A stretch of DNA of 64,000 nt. Source: an uncultured Mycoplasma sp. Lineage in GTDB: Bacteria; Bacillota_I; Bacilli_A; RF39; UBA660. The notes under the pieces are model-generated. The model ran no database searches. It saw only the letters and a program-made list of their open reading frames with translations, and was not told the DNA's origin. Below are positions 1 through 10,423 of the stretch, one piece after another. The number at the start of each line of letters is the position of its first letter. Within the stretch, counting starts at the first letter, position 1. The translations under genes were made by a program, and so were the position numbers. The stretch is from NCBI GenBank assembly GCA_947642635.1, contig CANRTI010000001.1, positions 75,252-139,251 on the forward strand. Reading direction: 5' to 3'.

Positions 1-2665
1 TATTTTCTACTATTTTATTTCCAAAATTTACAAGTTCATAATTAATTATCTTATTGTTTTTTTCAAATTCAGTTTTTAATTTACTACTTCCTTTTAAATA
101 ATCTTTTGTAAGACCAATTAAATCTAAATTAATATTTTTTATATAGTTAGTTAGATTACCTGAGATAGAATTTAAAATACTTAAGAAAGAATTATATTTT
201 AAACGAATATTATTAGATACTAGACTATTTGGAGTTCCATAATTGGAATCTAGACTTGTAACAATAATCATTTTCTCTTTAACCCTTGTTAATGCAACAT
301 AGAAAAGTCTTATTTCTTCCGAAATATTTTCTAAAGTATATTTCACTTTTAATAAATCTTTTAAAATTGTACTATCAATTCCCTCTTTAAAAAATGGAGT
401 AATTATTCCATATTTATTATCAAAAATAAATCGATCTTTAATATCGCTAGTATTAAATTCTTTATGTAAGCCACTAAAATAACAAATTGGAAATTCTAAT
501 CCTTTAGATTTATGAATATTCATTATTTTAACACTATCACTAGAAACTAAAGAGCCCTTATAAGTTATTTCACTTTTACTATTAATCATTTTCATTAAAT
601 AATTTTGAAATTTCTCTGGAGTATATCCTAAATCACTAAGATTTCTAGCAATATCTAATAAATTATCAATTCGCATAATTGTATCTTCAATATTTCCTAT
701 TTTAATGGCATTTTCATAAAAATTAAATTTAGTTAAAATCATTTTTAATAATTCATAATTATTTAAAGTATCTAGAAAACCATAAATATCTAAAGCTTTT
801 TTATATATTATTGTTTCTTGATAACTTTGTTCTTTAATAATTTTAAATAACTCAGCATCAGAATAATTAAATAAGAAACTTCGACCAATACTTAAAAAAT
901 AATATTTAAATTCTTGATCAAATTTAGAAGTTGGAACTTTTAAAATAAACCCTAAAATATTACTAAGCAAAATAATATCGATTTCATTCGTTAATTTTTT
1001 ATCTTCATAAATAGTTAAGGGGATTTTTAAATATTCAAAAATCTTCTGATAAATATGAAAAGATGTTCCGCGGTCCATAATTATACAAAAATCTGCAAAA
1101 GTTGCTTTTCTTAAAACATTTGTAGCTTTATCTAAAACAAAATACCCTTCTTTAATCTTTTTTAAAATATCTTTTCCAATAATAAAACTTTCAATTTCTT
1201 CTTTCGTATAAGTTTTATCTTCAAGAGAGTAATTATAAATTTCTGTTTCATAACTTTGATTTCTTTTTAAATTATCTTCATAAGAAAGATTACCAAAAAC
1301 CATTTGATGAGATTTTATATAATCTGCTCCCCCAATTAAATTGTCCATAATATATTTAAAAATATTATTAATACTATCTAAAACTTCACTTCTAGAACGA
1401 AAGTTTTTAAGTAAATCTATTTTAATACCTGCATCAGTAGTACTATAACAATTGTATTTTTCTTTAAAAATATCCGGGTTGGCATTTCGAAAACGATAAA
1501 TTGATTGTTTAATATCGCCCACCATATAAACATTATTATTCTCAATTAAATTAATAAATTCCTCTTGTAAATCCGAAGTATCTTGGTATTCATCAACACA
1601 TATTTCCTCATAGAAATTTTTTATTTCATCTCTAATTAATGGGTTTTCTTTTAAAAGATTAATAGCCATTAAAGCAATATCTGTAAATTCATATAAATCA
1701 TTTTCTTTTTTATATTTTTTTATTTTGACATTATAACTATTAATTATCGCTATTATTACTTCAATATATTCTTTAGTTATTTTAAAACTTTCCTTTATTT
1801 CTTCAATATCTTTAAAACGTAAATATTCTTTTAACTTTTTGATATTTGCATCAATATTTTCTTTAAATGGGGCTATTTCTTCACTATCCTTAGGACGCCT
1901 TGGTAAAGTTATATTAATATTTTGGATAATTTCATCATAATTATTTGATTTTAATAATTTTTCTAAACTCTTAGTTAATTCTTCATAATAATCACTAAAA
2001 CTAGATGACTCCATTAATATTAAGCTATCTTCAATATTTAATAAATGTTCTTTTAAAATAGCATTATACTCTTTAATATATTCATCAATTTTAGTATTAC
2101 ATAAATAAGTATCTAAATAACTTTTTAAAAATTTATCACAATCACTTTTTAATTCTAACTTCTTAATTATCTTTATAATTGCTTCTTTAATTGAAGTATC
2201 ATTTTTTATAGCAAAATCATTTAAAAGGTGATGAAACAAAGGATTTTTACTAGCATAAAATTCGTCAAAAACTTGATCTATTAAATCCATTTTATAATTA
2301 GTAATAATACCATTATCAACAATTTGTAAATTAGGAGAAATATTTAAAACATAATTGTATTTTTTTACTAATGATAAAGTAAAAGAATCAAAAGTTGTGA
2401 TATATGCTCCATCAAGATAATCTAAATTTTCTTTTAACTCGGGATATTTGGTGATACTTTTACGAATTCTCTCTTTCATTTCTGCAGCAGCAGCATTAGT
2501 GAATGTCAAAATTAATAATTTATTTATTTTAATTCCTTGTTTTAATTTAGTAATTACTCTTTCAGTTAAAACTGCTGTTTTACCAGAACCAGCTCCGGCT
2601 GAGACAATAATATTTTTCCCACTTGTATTAATAGCTTGTAATTGTTCATCAGTCCACTTTGGCAT
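1..2665 (-). CDS. addA: ATP-dependent helicase/nuclease subunit A (AddA/RexA), N-terminal part; continues past the window start
   Basis: Absent from the ORF track because it runs off the edge. My minus-strand translation from the ATG at 2663-2665 gives MPKWTDEQLQAINTSGKNIIVSAGAGSGKTAVLTERV...LILTFTNAAAAEMKERI (UvrD-type Walker A and motif Ia). It starts 27 nt after the addB stop. The frame was not checked codon by codon down to position 1. Confidence 0.8.
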   Translation of the reverse strand, partial: MPKWTDEQLQAINTSGKNIIVSAGAGSGKTAVLTERVITKLKQGIKINKLLILTFTNAAAAEMKERIRKSITKYPELKENLDYLDGAYITTFDSFTLSLVKKYNYVLNISPNLQIVDNGIITNYKMDLIDQVFDEFYASKNPLFHHLLNDFAIKNDTSIKEAIIKIIKKLELKSDCDKFLKSYLDTYLCNTKIDEYIKEYNAILKEHLLNIEDSLILMESSSFSDYYEELTKSLEKLLKSNNYDEIIQNINITLPRRPKDSEEIAPFKENIDANIKKLKEYLRFKDIEEIKESFKITKEYIEVIIAIINSYNVKIKKYKKENDLYEFTDIALMAINLLKENPLIRDEIKNFYEEICVDEYQDTSDLQEEFINLIENNNVYMVGDIKQSIYRFRNANPDIFKEKYNCYSTTDAGIKIDLLKNFRSRSEVLDSINNIFKYIMDNLIGGADYIKSHQMVFGNLSYEDNLKRNQSYETEIYNYSLEDKTYTKEEIESFIIGKDILKKIKEGYFVLDKATNVLRKATFADFCIIMDRGTSFHIYQKIFEYLKIPLTIYEDKKLTNEIDIILLSNILGFILKVPTSKFDQEFKYYFLSIGRSFLFNYSDAELFKIIKEQSYQETIIYKKALDIYGFLDTLNNYELLKMILTKFNFYENAIKIGNIEDTIMRIDNLLDIARNLSDLGYTPEKFQNYLMKMINSKSEITYKGSLVSSDSVKIMNIHKSKGLEFPICYFSGLHKEFNTSDIKDRFIFDNKYGIITPFFKEGIDSTILKDLLKVKYTLENISEEIRLFYVALTRVKEKMIIVTSLDSNYGTPNSLVSNNIRLKYNSFLSILNSISGNLTNYIKNINLDLIGLTKDYLKGSSKLKTEFEKNNKIINYELVNFGNKIVEN

Positions 2666-2692
2666 ATTATTTTCCTACTTTCTTTTTATTTT

Positions 2693-5059
2693 TTATACTT
2701 TTTCTTTTAAGAAATCTAAATTATCAATATCTTTTAAAATTACATAATCGGTTTCTTTTTTAAAACATAAATCTTTAAATTTACAATAAACACATCCAAC
2801 ATCTTTATCAAAACCAATTTTTTTAGGATTTATATTAAATTCACCATCTAAGATTTTTTTAGAACTTTCTTGAATATTTTTTTCTGTTAAAGCAATTATC
2901 TTGGAAATTTCATGATTATTTAAAACTTTGGCACTACTATAAAAATCACCATTATTTTTAGTTTTTAAGCTTTTAATAACAACACTATTAGTATAACTAC
3001 AATCAAAACTAGCTAAAGTATGAATTTCAGAATTAGAATAACCTACTAATTTTAAATTTTCTTGGTATTGGTTTTCATAACTTTTAGATGGATTTCTTGT
3101 AATGTCTTTGTTTAAAATAAATTGAAGGTAGAAACCTGCAAAAACCGGATTAACAAATAAATTAGATTTTTGAACTAAATATAAGTAAATTGGAAGTTGT
3201 AAAGATAAGCCATATGGTAAATATTTTAAATCAATTGAAGTATTACCTGTTTTATAATCAATTATAGAGATAATTGTTTGATTGTTTTCTTCTTTATATA
3301 AAATTTTATCGATGAAACCTTTAAATTCAATAGATGAATTTGGAAAAATAGAAATCTTTTTCTCAAATAAAGCTTGGTCTAAACTATTGTATTGTTGTTG
3401 CTCATTCAAAGATTTTATAACAAATTCAATATCTTTAATTATTTTATTAACAAAAAATTGCTCTTTTAAATTAAGTTCTTTAGCACATTCTTTTAAATAG
3501 TTATTGATTTCGTTTGAAACGTCTAAATCTTTATTAATAAAACATTTTTCTAAAACATGATGAAATATCGAACCAATAAATGCTTCAAAAGATTCTTCGT
3601 ACTTATCTAATTTTAAAATATTAGCAATATAATATCTAAAAGCACATTTATTATAATTGTTTAAAGAACTATATGATAAAGTAAGATGATTATCTAAATA
3701 TTCTTGTAATAAATTTTTGGATATACCACTAAATTTATTATCAAATGTATTATAAATAAGTTCTAAATTATTTTGGTAAACTAGTAAATCATCAGTAACT
3801 TTGCCATATTTTTCATAATTATACAAACATTTAGCATAATTTATTTTATCATTAATTTTAGAATTACTCTCTAAAATATTAGGATGAATTTCTTCTGTTA
3901 AAAGATGCATTTCTTCAATTAGAATGGAAGGATAACATTCACCCCGATTATCTTTTTCTTTAAATGTAATTGTTAAATTAGCAATACTTTCCATTCTTCT
4001 CTTAGTATTTTCTTTAATTATTTTATTTTTGGCAATTGTTGTATTTAATTCTAAAATATCTTTTAAATCATCAGTAATATACTCTTCATCTTTGAAAATA
4101 TTAGGAAATATTCCCATATTAAAGTTTAAAAGAAAAACATAATCATCAGATGTAACATTAGCAAATAAATCAATAATTTCAATATAATTTTCATAATTAT
4201 AATTACTTATTTCAATATTTTTTAAATCCTCTACTATTAAATTTTTAACTTTTACTTTATCTTCTATAAAAGCATAATTATTGCAAACATTAATAATTTT
4301 GTTAACAATGCGACTATCCCTACTTTTAATGGTTTTTAAACTTTTATTTAAATCAGTATCATAATTACTTAAAAATTCTTGCGTTATGGGATTACTATAT
4401 AAAGAATTATTTGTAGGTATTTTTATAGGTAAATTATAAAATTCAGCACTTCTATCTAATTCATTATAATAATCTTTTGTTACGCCCATTAGTTTAATAT
4501 TTTTAACACTGATACCCTTATTAATAAGAGAACATATTTTTTTACAAACAAAATTTATTTCCTCAGTTATACTTGTAAACTTATAAACTTTGGGGATTTC
4601 ATTAACTTTATTAAAAGGGATAATTTGAGCTTTGATTTTGGAAAAAATTGCTAATTCATTTTTTTCTAAATAACCATAACCCATTACAACTATTTGGTAA
4701 TTATGAAGATAATTTTTAAATTCATTATTATAAATGAGTAAATTATTTTTTAGCAATTCTTTTTTTAAATCTGTGAGAAATTTCAATTTGAAGTTAGAGT
4801 AATTTTTTGATTCATTAATTAATAATAAATTATCTAAATAAACTTGAGCAATTTGAGGTTTAACATGATATTTATTAACAACATAATATAAAGCTTCCTT
4901 ATTATAAGAAAAGAAATATTCTTGAAAAAATGTTTTTTTAGTATAAAAAGTTACATCTAAAAAAACATTTTGTTTAAACAACTCTTTTAAAATATATTCT
5001 TTGTAACTATTTTCACAAATTATAATTGTTTTGTCTTTGATAAATTTTTTTAAATCCAT
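2693..5059 (-). CDS. addB: helicase/nuclease subunit B (AddB/RexB-like), short 788-aa form
   Basis: C-terminal PD-(D/E)XK nuclease motif IIDYKTG. Cys pattern CAFRYY ... GCVYCKFKDLC, typical of the AddB Fe-S cluster. Lies immediately upstream of addA. Confidence 0.8.
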   Translation of the reverse strand: MDLKKFIKDKTIIICENSYKEYILKELFKQNVFLDVTFYTKKTFFQEYFFSYNKEALYYVVNKYHVKPQIAQVYLDNLLLINESKNYSNFKLKFLTDLKKELLKNNLLIYNNEFKNYLHNYQIVVMGYGYLEKNELAIFSKIKAQIIPFNKVNEIPKVYKFTSITEEINFVCKKICSLINKGISVKNIKLMGVTKDYYNELDRSAEFYNLPIKIPTNNSLYSNPITQEFLSNYDTDLNKSLKTIKSRDSRIVNKIINVCNNYAFIEDKVKVKNLIVEDLKNIEISNYNYENYIEIIDLFANVTSDDYVFLLNFNMGIFPNIFKDEEYITDDLKDILELNTTIAKNKIIKENTKRRMESIANLTITFKEKDNRGECYPSILIEEMHLLTEEIHPNILESNSKINDKINYAKCLYNYEKYGKVTDDLLVYQNNLELIYNTFDNKFSGISKNLLQEYLDNHLTLSYSSLNNYNKCAFRYYIANILKLDKYEESFEAFIGSIFHHVLEKCFINKDLDVSNEINNYLKECAKELNLKEQFFVNKIIKDIEFVIKSLNEQQQYNSLDQALFEKKISIFPNSSIEFKGFIDKILYKEENNQTIISIIDYKTGNTSIDLKYLPYGLSLQLPIYLYLVQKSNLFVNPVFAGFYLQFILNKDITRNPSKSYENQYQENLKLVGYSNSEIHTLASFDCSYTNSVVIKSLKTKNNGDFYSSAKVLNNHEISKIIALTEKNIQESSKKILDGEFNINPKKIGFDKDVGCVYCKFKDLCFKKETDYVILKDIDNLDFLKEKV

Positions 5060-5063
5060 TTTA

Positions 5064-6044
5064 TTACTCCACTAAACTTGTTTCATAATCATTAATTATT
5101 TTGAATAATTCTTCTTTCGTAGTAGCCGCACAAATTCTTAATTTCGTTTCTTTCGTATTAGCTAGCCCTTTTAAATAAAACATTAGTTGACTGCGTAACT
5201 CTAAAACAGCAATATGTTCTTCCTTTTCTTCTACTAACTTTGTAATATTATCTCGCATCATCGCCATTTTCTCTGAAACCGAAACCATTTTAGGAATAGT
5301 TCCATTTTCTAAATATTCCACACATTCTTTAATTAACCATGGATTACCTAATGTGCCTCTTCCAATCATAACTCCAGCGCAACCACATTCATCTAACATT
5401 CTTTTAGCATCATAACATGATAAAATATCGCCATTACCAATTACTGGTATTGATACTGCTTCCGTAACTTTTTTAATAATATTCCAATCTGCTTTACCAC
5501 TATAACCTTGTTTGCGAGTTCTAGCATGAATAAATATTGCGGAAGCTCCAGCACTTTCACAAATTTTAGCAATTTCTTCCGCATTAATCGACTCTTCGTC
5601 CCAACCACTACGAATTTTAACTGTAACTGGAACATTAACAGAGGATACTACTTTTGTAACAATTTCTCGAACCTTTTCCGGATATCTTAAAAGATTACTA
5701 CCAGCATTATTTTTGATAGCTACTTTTGGAACAGGACAACCCATGTTAATATCAATAATATCGGGGTGCATATATTCTTCAATAATTTTAGCAGCTTGGG
5801 CTAAAGTATCCGGATCACTGCCAAAAATTTGTTGAGATATAGGCCGTTCTTCTTCAGTCATTTTCAAAAGATCATAAGTTTTCTTAGATTCATAAATTAA
5901 AGCTTTATCAGAAACCATCTCCGCAACAACTAGCCCGGCTCCCATTTTTTTACAAATATTTCTAAAAGTTGTACTAGTAATTCCAGCCATCGGTGCTAAA
6001 ATAACAGGATTTTTAATTTCAACATTACCAATAAAAAAACTCAT
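5064..6044 (-). CDS. dus: tRNA-dihydrouridine synthase
   Basis: APMAGITSTTFRNICKKMGAGLVVAEMVS, NMGCP and IHARTRKQ motifs of the Dus family TIM barrel. Confidence 0.9.
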   Translation of the reverse strand: MSFFIGNVEIKNPVILAPMAGITSTTFRNICKKMGAGLVVAEMVSDKALIYESKKTYDLLKMTEEERPISQQIFGSDPDTLAQAAKIIEEYMHPDIIDINMGCPVPKVAIKNNAGSNLLRYPEKVREIVTKVVSSVNVPVTVKIRSGWDEESINAEEIAKICESAGASAIFIHARTRKQGYSGKADWNIIKKVTEAVSIPVIGNGDILSCYDAKRMLDECGCAGVMIGRGTLGNPWLIKECVEYLENGTIPKMVSVSEKMAMMRDNITKLVEEKEEHIAVLELRSQLMFYLKGLANTKETKLRICAATTKEELFKIINDYETSLVE

Positions 6045-6601
6045 TTTATTATTTTCACTTTCGTATTATCTTCTAATAGGAAGGCATTGGCATCATCAGT
6101 ATCAATATGCATTTCTAATACTCCGTTAGAACTTATTTTAACCACTGTATCAATAATACCAGGTTTAAGACCCGGAATTGCCACCTTGACTATTTCTTTA
6201 TCTTTAACACCAATTTTTTTTGCATCTTCTTCATTCATATGAATATGCCGATTAGCAATTATTAATCCTTTTATTTTCAAATTGTTTTTGGGTGTTTCTA
6301 AAGTTATATTTAAACTATCAGCTAAATCGCTACTATTTCTTACTGGAGGATTTAAACCTAAAATTCTAGCATCACTTTTAGATATTTCTATTTGATTGTA
6401 ATCCCTTAAAGGTCCAACTATTCGAACATTAGAAAGTATTTTATCACCATTTCTTAAATTAACAGTCATATTAGAAGCGAATTCTCCTAACTGATTTAAA
6501 GGATTTCTCATACTTATTTTTTCATCAAATAATAAATCATATACTTCTTTTGTTAAATGGACATGCCGATTACTTATTCTAGCGTTTACTATATATTCCA
6601 T
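6041..6601 (-). CDS. pduL: phosphate propanoyl/acetyl-transferase PduL
   Basis: Duplicated PduL signature: ISNRHVHLTKE in the N-terminal half and IANRHIHMNEEDA in the C-terminal half. 186 aa. Confidence 0.8.
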   Translation of the reverse strand: MEYIVNARISNRHVHLTKEVYDLLFDEKISMRNPLNQLGEFASNMTVNLRNGDKILSNVRIVGPLRDYNQIEISKSDARILGLNPPVRNSSDLADSLNITLETPKNNLKIKGLIIANRHIHMNEEDAKKIGVKDKEIVKVAIPGLKPGIIDTVVKISSNGVLEMHIDTDDANAFLLEDNTKVKIIK

Positions 6602-6684
6602 ATTAGTTCCTCCTTAAATTTTATTATATCGTATTTTTATGAATAATTACAGTTATTTTTTGCCATAATAATAATGGTGATAGA

Positions 6685-6918
6685 ATGAAAAAACCAGGTT
6701 GTAATAAGTGTGAAGAAACTCAAACTCAAGGAAGATGCTACATTGACGAAGAAACAGGACTTCTTTGTGTAACTCTTACTAAAAAGATTGAACTTCCAAA
6801 AAACAAAAAAGTTTTAGTGCCGCAAATTTGCACAAATTGTGGAACAACTGAATGGATAACTATTGACACCAGTGAAAAACCACAAGAAGACTCCGAAGAG
6901 CAACAAAGTGATAATTAA
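6685..6918 (+). CDS. small Cys-rich (CxxC...CxxC zinc-ribbon-like) hypothetical protein with acidic tail
   Basis: 77-aa ORF with CNKC and CTNC pairs, followed by a hairpin terminator. No family recognised. Confidence 0.4.
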   Translation: MKKPGCNKCEETQTQGRCYIDEETGLLCVTLTKKIELPKNKKVLVPQICTNCGTTEWITIDTSEKPQEDSEEQQSDN

Positions 6919-6951
6919 AAAGATTCTAGATTAATTTCTAGAGTCTTTTTA
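6917..6951 (+). terminator. hairpin terminator between convergent genes (possibly bidirectional)
   Basis: AAAGATTCTAG / CTAGAGTCTTT stem (one G-T pair) with an 8-nt loop. A-run on one side, T-run on the other. Confidence 0.55.
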
Positions 6952-7545
6952 TAAACGAATAATTGAAGTAACGCGACTATTTTCAATAGTTAATTCATAA
7001 ATATCAAATTCAGTTTCACTCTCATCATAAATTATATGGCCATTAAATTCTAAAATTAAATCATCATAAAGATTATAACCAACTTTGGCATAATTTAATA
7101 AAAATCCTAGGATTGCTCTTTTATGAGTAAAAATAACACATTCTTCAGAAATTAAATTAATAAAATTATCCATTCGACGCCCTACTTCATTTAAAGACTC
7201 ACCACTAGGAAGCTTATAATTAAAGTCATGATCTTGTAATCCTTTAACCATCTTCATATTTTTACTACCTAAAATACCAACTTGACAATCATTTAAATTC
7301 TCATTTAAGGTAATTGATAAATCTAAGTTCTTAGCAAGATACTTAGCAGTATCTAGGGCACTACTATAAAAACTAGTATAAATATTCTCAACATTTTTAA
7401 AAAAAGGAATATTGCCAATTTTCTTTGCTACTTCTTCACCCTTAACACTTAAAGGTCTAATCATTCTTATTTGTTCTAAACTAGCATTATTATCATAACT
7501 AATCCCATCTAATAATAAATTATTACTTACTAAATATATTTTCAT
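6949..7545 (-). CDS. histidine-phosphatase-superfamily-like protein with degenerate catalytic motif
   Basis: Overall pattern PLSVKGEE..A, SS.LDTA, PSGESL, IFTHKRAI resembles the PhoE/cofactor-dependent mutase fold. The N-terminal RHG is replaced by SNN. Confidence 0.45.
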   Translation of the reverse strand: MKIYLVSNNLLLDGISYDNNASLEQIRMIRPLSVKGEEVAKKIGNIPFFKNVENIYTSFYSSALDTAKYLAKNLDLSITLNENLNDCQVGILGSKNMKMVKGLQDHDFNYKLPSGESLNEVGRRMDNFINLISEECVIFTHKRAILGFLLNYAKVGYNLYDDLILEFNGHIIYDESETEFDIYELTIENSRVTSIIRL

Positions 7546-8663
7546 ACTCCTACACCTTCATCATCATAATCTATTTTTAATTCTTCTTGTTTTAATTTAT
7601 CTATTTCAGCATTTTTAATACTTTGAAATCTTTTAGTAATTTTCTCAGTTGTTGTATGTAATTCATCAATACTTTGATTGACACTTTTAACACTTCGCGA
7701 TAATTTATCCCATCTTTCTTTATAGCGACTAAATTCAAGTCCTAAACGTTCTAATTCCTCGTGAATAACTTTGGCATATTTATCTCGTTCCATATTTTTT
7801 AATACCATACTTATAATTGATAAGGTACTAATTAAAGTAGTAGGTCCTGTGATCCATACTTTTTTATCATAGGCATAATTTAGTAATTCTGGGTGATAAG
7901 CATTGATTTCAGCAAAAATAGCTTCAGCAGGTAAAAACATAATAGCTTCATTACTTGTTTCACCAGGAACAATATACTTTTCAGAAATATCAGTTATATG
8001 CTTTTTAACATCATTAATAAAATTTTTTTCAAACATCACACGTTCTTCTTTAGTTCGATTTTTATCAACCATTTTTTGATAATTTTCTAAAGGAAATTTA
8101 CTATCAATGGCTATAGTACCTAATGGAGATGGGGCATATAATAAAGAATCTGCAATCGAACCATTACTTAGCTTATGTTGAATTTTATAAATACCACTAC
8201 TTTGTGAACCAAAGGCATTATTTAAAATATATTCTAAATTTACTTCACCAAAAGTTCCCCTAGTTTTTTTATCCGTTAAAACACTTTGTAAAGAAACAAT
8301 TTCCGTACTTAGACCATCAATTTTCTTTTGGGCTTCATCAATTTTATTTAATCTTTCCAAAACATTTATAAATGTTTTATTACTCTTTTCAAAATTTTCA
8401 CTTAATTGGTTATTGACACGATCATTAATTAAATTTAACTTATATTCTATTTTATTATCAAGGGTTTCAAAATCAGTTCGTAAATCTTTACTAAAATTTA
8501 ATTTAAACTCCCCGATTTCTTTAGTTAAATTTGTTTCTAATCTCCCTATTCTTTCTATCATATCTTTATTATTACTATTTTTACTTAAAATAATTATTAA
8601 AAATATAATCGCAATAATTAATAATCCTATAATAATATATAACTCCATAAATACCTCGCTCAT
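7542..8663 (-). CDS. rmuC: DNA recombination protein RmuC
   Basis: N-terminal TM segment, long coiled coil, and a C-terminal RmuC nuclease-like region (IMFLPAEAIFAEI, WITGPTTLISTL). Confidence 0.85.
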   Translation of the reverse strand: MSEVFMELYIIIGLLIIAIIFLIIILSKNSNNKDMIERIGRLETNLTKEIGEFKLNFSKDLRTDFETLDNKIEYKLNLINDRVNNQLSENFEKSNKTFINVLERLNKIDEAQKKIDGLSTEIVSLQSVLTDKKTRGTFGEVNLEYILNNAFGSQSSGIYKIQHKLSNGSIADSLLYAPSPLGTIAIDSKFPLENYQKMVDKNRTKEERVMFEKNFINDVKKHITDISEKYIVPGETSNEAIMFLPAEAIFAEINAYHPELLNYAYDKKVWITGPTTLISTLSIISMVLKNMERDKYAKVIHEELERLGLEFSRYKERWDKLSRSVKSVNQSIDELHTTTEKITKRFQSIKNAEIDKLKQEELKIDYDDEGVGV

Positions 8664-8680
8664 TGTAATTTAATTATAGC

Positions 8681-9049
8681 TTACGAATTTTTGTTTGTCA
8701 AATTTTCTCCTAGTTTAGCCATAAAAACATCATTGTGTTCAGGATAAATTTTAAAAGATATTTTATGCCATTTGAGAATAACACTCTTCTTTTTTAAAGT
8801 GGCACTTTCTAAATTTTGATAGTGAATTTTAATTTTTAAAAAACCTAATTTAATAACTAAGAAATTTTTTTCTAAAATATAAAAGGTAAAATAGTAAATA
8901 TGGGCGATTATTAATGTTAAGGACAAATAAACTAAACTATAAAAATATAGTCTTAGAGATAACCACATTAAACAGCTGATGAAACATAAAATTATAATTG
9001 AACTCATAAAAATAAAATTAGATTTTTCGGGTTTTACTTTAAATTTCAT
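8681..9049 (-). CDS. hypothetical membrane protein
   Basis: 122-aa ORF with two hydrophobic helices. No family recognised. Confidence 0.35.
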   Translation of the reverse strand: MKFKVKPEKSNFIFMSSIIILCFISCLMWLSLRLYFYSLVYLSLTLIIAHIYYFTFYILEKNFLVIKLGFLKIKIHYQNLESATLKKKSVILKWHKISFKIYPEHNDVFMAKLGENLTNKNS

Positions 9050-9181
9050 ACTACTTTTCCTCTCTATTTACTTCTTCATTATTATATCATGGATACCATT
9101 TAACATAAAGATTAGTTCTTAAATTGATATAAAAATAAAAAGATAATACTATCTTTAACAGTACTATCTTAATAATAAAAC

Positions 9182-10423
9182 TTAATTATTTTTCTTTTTT
9201 TCATTTAGGAAATGTTTTCCATCAACCATTCGACCAACTAACATAGAACTAGCTGTATCGCCAACGACATTTAAAACGGTAGCCGGAGCATCAATAACTG
9301 TGGCAATAATAGTTAAGATTGGTAAGGCGGCAGCTGGAAAGCCCATTAGATTAATGATAAACATTTCAGAAATTGTTCCCCCACCAACAGGAACCGCCGT
9401 AATAAGTAATGTTGCTAATAAAGATACTCCTAAAACAGTCCAAATACTAGGTGTCATATTAAATAAGTAAACTAAGAACATTATTTTAAAAACACTACCA
9501 ATAACAGAACCATCTTTATGAAAACTTGTTCCCATAGGAATTGTTGTCTCTGCAATATCATCAGATACCCCAACTTCTTTAGTTGATTTAACATTAACCG
9601 GAATACAAGCAGCAGAAGAACATGTTGCTAAAGCGGTAGCTGTTGGAGCTAAAATATTTAACCAATATTTTTTTAGTCCTTTTTTACCACCAGCAATTAA
9701 TGCATAAATTGAATAAACAATCCCATATACTAAAATACATACTATCGTATAAATTATAAATGTTTTTAAAAATCCTACAGCAATGCTTTCACCATAAGTA
9801 CCAATTAATGCTGCAAAATAGCAACCTAGACCAATTGGAGCATAATACATAATTATATTAACAATATTTAAAACCACATCATTTAAACTTATTAAAAATT
9901 CAGTTACTTTTTCGCCTTTTTTGCCACTTTTACGAACAGCTAAACCAAAGATTATGGCAAATAATAGTAATGGTATAATACTATCTTTACTTAGTAATAA
10001 ATTAAAATCACTTACTGTAAGCAAACTTGCAGTTCTTTCTAAAATACCAATTTCAGTATCAACTTCACTTCCACTATCCATTAAATCCAATATTTTTGTA
10101 CTATCTTCATTATTAACTAATTTAGTTGTATATGTGGCAGCTAGACCAATTAAAGCAGAAATAACTGACATGATAGCAAAAACAATCACTATTCGACTCA
10201 TAATTTTACCTAGACGTTTAGGACTTTGCATTTTAATAATAGCAGTTGTAATCGTTAAAAATATTAAAGGTACTATTACTACAAACATTAAATTAATAAA
10301 AATATCGCCAAATGGACTTAATAATTTAGCATCTTCACCAAATATTAAACCAATAATGCCACCTAAAATAATGGCTCCTAAAAGTATAATGGTACTTTTG
10401 TAATTTTTTAAAATCTTTTTCAT
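9182..10423 (-). CDS. dicarboxylate/amino acid:cation symporter (DAACS family)
   Basis: 413 aa, polytopic. AACIPV, TSFHKDGS and VGDTASS motifs are typical of the GltP/SstT family. Confidence 0.85.
   Translation of the reverse strand: MKKILKNYKSTIILLGAIILGGIIGLIFGEDAKLLSPFGDIFINLMFVVIVPLIFLTITTAIIKMQSPKRLGKIMSRIVIVFAIMSVISALIGLAATYTTKLVNNEDSTKILDLMDSGSEVDTEIGILERTASLLTVSDFNLLLSKDSIIPLLLFAIIFGLAVRKSGKKGEKVTEFLISLNDVVLNIVNIIMYYAPIGLGCYFAALIGTYGESIAVGFLKTFIIYTIVCILVYGIVYSIYALIAGGKKGLKKYWLNILAPTATALATCSSAACIPVNVKSTKEVGVSDDIAETTIPMGTSFHKDGSVIGSVFKIMFLVYLFNMTPSIWTVLGVSLLATLLITAVPVGGGTISEMFIINLMGFPAAALPILTIIATVIDAPATVLNVVGDTASSMLVGRMVDGKHFLNEKKKNN

Noticed and set aside
9921-10403. Plus-strand ORFs lying inside long minus-strand genes. 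This 160-aa one is an example. Others are at 2448-2747, 3282-3500, 5508-5690, 8413-8673, 19482-19778, 27102-27329, 35796-36023, 37029-37409, 38310-38663, 40380-40589, 43578-43826, 51588-51899, 54880-55068, 55968-56249, 58108-58344 and 62071-62268. The same-strand alternate-frame ORF at 5441-5635 also belongs here.
   Set aside because: They are low-complexity, I/L/F/S/N/K-rich translations, typical of shadow frames in AT-rich DNA. Each is fully contained in a gene with clear family motifs. None has a recognisable RBS or domain.
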